Positions 59,976 to 64,000 of a stretch of DNA of 64,000 nucleotides are shown here, piece by piece. The position numbers and the translations under genes were made by a program. The DNA comes from an uncultured Bacteriovoracaceae bacterium (GTDB taxonomy: Bacteria > Bdellovibrionota > Bacteriovoracia > Bacteriovoracales > Bacteriovoracaceae), in assembly GCA_964012805.1 (NCBI GenBank), contig CAXGUD010000013.1, positions 32,880 through 96,879 of the forward strand, given 5' to 3'. The notes below the pieces were generated by a model. That model was not told the DNA's origin. It saw only the letters and a list, made by a program, of their open reading frames with translations, and did not search any database. Position 1 is the first letter of the stretch. Every line of letters begins with the position of its first letter.

Positions 59976-60257
59976 ATGAAAGGCCCCTCAGACAAAATAA
60001 GATGTTTTGTCATTGCCGATGACTATAGATGGCATGTATTAACAAGCTCTATTGAAGAGTTCCATAAATACACCCTATCTTACTTGGCCCTTATGAACAG
60101 CTCTAGAAAAGAAAATCATTATTACTTTAAAAATCTTTTTCTTGAGCATGAAGAGTACGAACACATTTTAAGCCAAATGAGAGGACAAAGCGGCTCTCCT
60201 CACCAGGTCCAAACAAAGAAAGAGCCAAAAAAAAATCATCTTAGAATAGTGGACTAA
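59976..60257 (+). CDS. Hypothetical protein
   Basis: 93-aa ORF with RBS; ends in HLRIV, resembling SspB/ClpX-adaptor-like tails. Confidence 0.65.
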   Translation: MKGPSDKIRCFVIADDYRWHVLTSSIEEFHKYTLSYLALMNSSRKENHYYFKNLFLEHEEYEHILSQMRGQSGSPHQVQTKKEPKKNHLRIVD

Positions 60258-60376
60258 CATTAATAAAATTACTGTTTAACTTCTAATAAAAATCTTTTAT
60301 CTTCTTAAGAAGCATAACAACATTTTGATAACCTCATAAGAATAAAATAAAGAAAGGTTAAGAAGGAAAGACAACT

Positions 60377-63300
60377 ATGGCCATCTTGAACAACCTCATT
60401 TCCTCATTGAGGTCTACAAAGAAACAAAAAAGAGAGTTGCAAGATCAAGCGAACCCAAGACCTCCAAAAAGAAGGCTTGTTCCAAAAGTTGATAACCTTT
60501 CACTCAAAGAAAAAAATCTTCTTGAAAAGCTCAACTCTGCTCAAAAACCTCAGGATTTTAAATCTCAACTATCAAAAATTAACTCGTTAGCAGTTCTAGA
60601 GAAAATAAGGCCATTTATAATTGAACATAAAGATTTTAATGAAAAAGGATTAAGTTGGGTTGACAACATACACAACGACCTTCTTTTTCAAAAGATAGTA
60701 CGGTCTTCCCAGATAAATGAAGAAGTTTTTGAAGCTCTTGAAAAGCTCGATCAAGAAGACAAAGTCGTTAAAATTTTTCTTGAAAAAGACTTTGGTCCTT
60801 TAAGAGAAAAAGCATTACAAAAACTGAAATCTCATGAGTCCCTCATAAAAATTGCAAAGAAAATTAACTCAACCAAATGGGGACTTAAAGCTATAGAATC
60901 TATTTCTGGCCCTGAAGCTTTGTTGGACATCTCCAAAAATGCATCAAATAAGAAAATAAGGTCATTTGCAAAACAAAAAAGAGAGTCTCTTTTTAAAGCG
61001 GGTACAGCGCAATCCTCCTCAATTGATCCTCACAACTCTCAGAACATGAAGCTAATAGGAGAAAAACTTAAAAATTTCATTTCTCACTATTCTGAGACCA
61101 AAGCAGAAGCATTCTTAAATGAAATGACGAAATTACTTCAAGAAGAAAAGGCCGACTTAAAAGAGGACGATAATACAGCAAAAATTCTCTTAGATATTGA
61201 AAGCGACCTCAAACTTATTGAGGGAAAAATTACTCTTAAACGACAAAAAGACACTTGTCTTACAAAAGCAAAAGATATTCTTGAAGACTACGAAAAACGT
61301 CTTGTTGATGGATTAAAAATCAGCCTAAAACAATCTCATAAGATACAAAAAGAATGGGATCAACTTCCATGGGCTGCGATTGAGCTCTTAAAAAGAGAGG
61401 ACTTCAACAAACGTTTCTTTCTTCTTTTGGATAAAATAACAGACAAAGAGTTAGATAAAAAGATTATTAATACAGAAAAAGTAATCCATAAACTTGAAGG
61501 TTATTTAGGGGCATTTGCCTCCGTAGAAGAAACTACGTTTAAAGATGAAAAGGAGTGGGGAGACTTTTTTAAGAAATGGAAATACTTTGAAAAAGAGTGG
61601 AACTATGCAACAAAAGGGAAAATAGAACAACAAAGTATCCCTTCCCAACTAATAGATAGAAAAATAAGTCTGGCCCAATTCGTTGAGAAAAATAAATACA
61701 AAAAACAAGCGGTAAAACCTAACAAAAAACACCAACAAAGCTGTTCTCAGTTAAGTCCAGTAGAACTTTTAAATCAATTGGAAGATTGCCTTAAAGAACA
61801 GAATAATAAATATATTTATAAAAATATCGTAAAGATAAGAAACCATTGGGAAAACATCTTAAATTCACCAAAAAAACCTCCTGAGGAAATTCAACAGAAA
61901 TTTGAAAGCCTATTAAAAACATTCTTTGAAAAGCAAGACAAATTCCTTCAAGAAAAAGAATGGGAAAACTTCTCAAATGAAAGAAAAAGAAAAGAACTCC
62001 TGGAATCGCTTAAAGAACTCATCAATAAGGGCACAATTCAGGGGTTAGGAAATAAGCTTAGAGATTACCAAAAAGATTGGAAATTATTAAAAAACGGGAA
62101 GGGAAAAGGAAAAACTGAACCGGAAGAGGAATTTCAGAAACTTATTGAAAAAGGCACCCAGCTTTGTATCGAACATAAAAAAATGGTCTTCAACAAACTT
62201 AAAGAGGTTTTTAAGGAAGAAGAGCATCTATTTCCAAAAGGTCAGGATCAAAATCAAGAAAACGGAAAACAAGAAGGCCTCACCCCTAACACCTCTTCTA
62301 ACTCTAAAACTATTTTATCCAAGACCTTTATTAACGATAAGTTAAAAATCGTTAAAGAGCTTCAAAAAAGTTTTTCCCTTTCAGGCCCTCTCCCAACTCA
62401 TACCAATGAACAAGTCGTCCAAAACTTTCAAGAAAAGTGTCAGTTCTTTTTTGACCAAAGAAAACTCTACTCTAGCTACTCAGAAGAAAAGAAAAAAGAA
62501 AACTATAAAATTAAATTAGACCTTTTTGAGAAAACAAAAGAACTTATAAAAAAAGAAAAAGAGCTGCATGAAGGAGATAATGTAAAAAAAATTATTTCTC
62601 TTCAAAAAGAATGGAAAAAAGTTGGTCCCGTTCCTAGCGATAAACAAGATGATTTATGGAACAACTTTCAAGATATCTGCCATGATTTTTTTCACTATTT
62701 AGATCAACAAAAGCAAGGCAATCAAGTTAGAAAAGAAAAAATTTGCCAAGAAATGAAAGAACTTACAGAAAACCTGGGAGAAACAACTCACTTCAAGGAC
62801 CTCGCTCAAAAGGTCAAGGAACTTCAAAAAGAATGGAAATCTATAGGCCCTCTCCCAAAAGAAGTTGATGACACCCTATGGAAAACGTTTAGAGGTTATT
62901 GCGATACCTTTTTTGACTTAAGGGATACTTTCCTTAAAGAAAGACAGAATCTTTACCAAAACAACGAAAACTTAAAAAGAGAGCTTATCAAAGAACTAGA
63001 CACCATTGGAAAGCTAGAATCCTGGAAAGAAAAAACAGATCGGATTATCAGTATCCAAAAGGACTGGAAAAAAATAGGCCCTGCTCCAAAAAATACAGAA
63101 CAAGAAATCTGGCAAGAGTTTAAGGACCGGTGTGATAGGTTTTTCGCTGAAAAGAAAAACTTTTTTAATGGCCAACATGAGGCAAAAATAGAAAACCTGA
63201 AACGAAAAGAGGATATTTGCCTTCAAATCGAGGCCATATTCAAACTAGCCTTTCCAGAAAAAGAAGAAACTCTGGTTAACGATTCTCCTAATATAGCGAA

Positions 63301-63505
63301 ACAGCTTGATTGGGGACTAAAGTTAAAGCCAGAAATTATCATTCCGGGAGATAAAAACAAGACTCATAAAAAGGCCATTCACAAAGTCATAGAACTACAA
63401 AAAGAGTGGAAAAGTGTTGGCAGGGTTCCCAAAGAGAATGAGGAATCTTTATGGCTTAGATTCAGATCGTTGGCAGGGCTCTTCTTCTCAAACAATAAGG
63501 ACTAA
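60377..63505 (+). CDS. DUF349 repeat protein
   Basis: Repeated LQKEWK.(V/I)GP.P....(L/I)W..F...C..FF units in an all-helical protein. Confidence 0.88.
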   Translation: MAILNNLISSLRSTKKQKRELQDQANPRPPKRRLVPKVDNLSLKEKNLLEKLNSAQKPQDFKSQLSKINSLAVLEKIRPFIIEHKDFNEKGLSWVDNIHNDLLFQKIVRSSQINEEVFEALEKLDQEDKVVKIFLEKDFGPLREKALQKLKSHESLIKIAKKINSTKWGLKAIESISGPEALLDISKNASNKKIRSFAKQKRESLFKAGTAQSSSIDPHNSQNMKLIGEKLKNFISHYSETKAEAFLNEMTKLLQEEKADLKEDDNTAKILLDIESDLKLIEGKITLKRQKDTCLTKAKDILEDYEKRLVDGLKISLKQSHKIQKEWDQLPWAAIELLKREDFNKRFFLLLDKITDKELDKKIINTEKVIHKLEGYLGAFASVEETTFKDEKEWGDFFKKWKYFEKEWNYATKGKIEQQSIPSQLIDRKISLAQFVEKNKYKKQAVKPNKKHQQSCSQLSPVELLNQLEDCLKEQNNKYIYKNIVKIRNHWENILNSPKKPPEEIQQKFESLLKTFFEKQDKFLQEKEWENFSNERKRKELLESLKELINKGTIQGLGNKLRDYQKDWKLLKNGKGKGKTEPEEEFQKLIEKGTQLCIEHKKMVFNKLKEVFKEEEHLFPKGQDQNQENGKQEGLTPNTSSNSKTILSKTFINDKLKIVKELQKSFSLSGPLPTHTNEQVVQNFQEKCQFFFDQRKLYSSYSEEKKKENYKIKLDLFEKTKELIKKEKELHEGDNVKKIISLQKEWKKVGPVPSDKQDDLWNNFQDICHDFFHYLDQQKQGNQVRKEKICQEMKELTENLGETTHFKDLAQKVKELQKEWKSIGPLPKEVDDTLWKTFRGYCDTFFDLRDTFLKERQNLYQNNENLKRELIKELDTIGKLESWKEKTDRIISIQKDWKKIGPAPKNTEQEIWQEFKDRCDRFFAEKKNFFNGQHEAKIENLKRKEDICLQIEAIFKLAFPEKEETLVNDSPNIAKQLDWGLKLKPEIIIPGDKNKTHKKAIHKVIELQKEWKSVGRVPKENEESLWLRFRSLAGLFFSNNKD

Positions 63506-63509
63506 AATT

Positions 63510-63543
63510 AAAAGGCCCATGTTTATATTCCATGGGCCTTTTT
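63510..63543. terminator. Bidirectional intrinsic terminator
   Basis: AAAAGGCCCATG-N9-CATGGGCCTTTTT. Confidence 0.85.
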
Positions 63544-63579
63544 CGATTAACTTATTAAGTTCTCAGATTTTATTGCAAA

Positions 63580-63999
63580 CTATCTGTAAAGAGACTCCAA
63601 GGCCCTTAGAGTAGAGGCAATAAAGTCCATTTCATCTTGAACTCTTGGTCCACCTTTTAAAGTTCTTGAAGCTTTTTGAAATGTTCTTCTCAATGTAAAG
63701 AATTCATTTTTAACAAGCTCTAAATCTTTATGGACCCTCAAACTTCTCTCATAGTTACTTGAAGCTCTCAAAAGGTGGCGAACAGCTCTTAAGTTTCTTT
63801 TTAGTCTAGGTCCAACGTGACCTCTATGACCCCTTCTTCTTCCGATTCTTTTTCTAAACTTTCTCTTTAAGAAACGAGCAGATTCCTTAATTTCTGAACT
63901 GTAAGTGATAGCTTCTTTCACTTTAAGAAGTTCTTCCCTATCAGACCTTTCAGCTTCTTCACGCTCTCTTCTTTCTCTTTCAAGCCTTTCAGCTTCTTC
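63580..63999 (-). CDS. Hypothetical Arg-rich coiled-coil protein, 5'-truncated by window edge
   Basis: Frame is open to the window end (EEAERLERERREREEAERSDRE...) with a repeated EEAER unit. Confidence 0.7.
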   Translation of the reverse strand, partial: EEAERLERERREREEAERSDREELLKVKEAITYSSEIKESARFLKRKFRKRIGRRRGHRGHVGPRLKRNLRAVRHLLRASSNYERSLRVHKDLELVKNEFFTLRRTFQKASRTLKGGPRVQDEMDFIASTLRALESLYR

Positions 64000-64000
64000 A

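Noticed and set aside
149..63614. Numerous 60-130 aa ORFs nested in or antisense to long genes
   Set aside because: Shadow ORFs with no recognisable motifs.
1..64000. CRISPR arrays, tRNA/rRNA genes, IS elements, reverse transcriptases
   Set aside because: None seen by eye; intergenic gaps are short (under about 420 bp) and lack such repeats or structures.

Overview
AT-rich bacterial chromosomal segment. Gene content and synteny suggest Bdellovibrionota, probably a Bacteriovorax/Halobacteriovorax-like predator; this is inferred, not proven. Most of the window is core or housekeeping DNA: a C45 hydrolase-aminotransferase-scoAB operon, accD-folC-lptD-GATase-TrpF-like-surE-nlpD, rsmI, leuS, rimM-trmD-SPOUT-rplS-rnhB-yraN, a lexA-imuB-dnaE2 mutagenesis cassette, oppABCDF, grxB, arsC, udk, a signalling cluster (hybrid kinase, cNMP-binding protein, large membrane-bound CheA-like kinase), a GuaB/GuaC-family reductase, SRAP, a DnaA paralog, cobB and a DUF349 protein. 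No rRNA, tRNA, CRISPR array, transposase or integrase was recognised. The most interesting items are (1) an orphan DnaA paralog lacking domain I and the sensor-II Arg, divergent from cobB; (2) an unannotated ~80-nt Csr/Rsm-type GGA-hairpin sRNA plus candidate CsrA target sites; (3) a 7TM sensor fused to two Hpt domains and a CheA kinase without CheW; (4) a candidate new LexA operator (CGTAC-N7-GTACG) over the lexA start site; (5) a stand-alone phage-type replication-protein domain; (6) a Bacteroidota-type LeuRS; and (7) an unannotated 55-aa ORF. All family calls come from motif recognition by eye; no searches were run.
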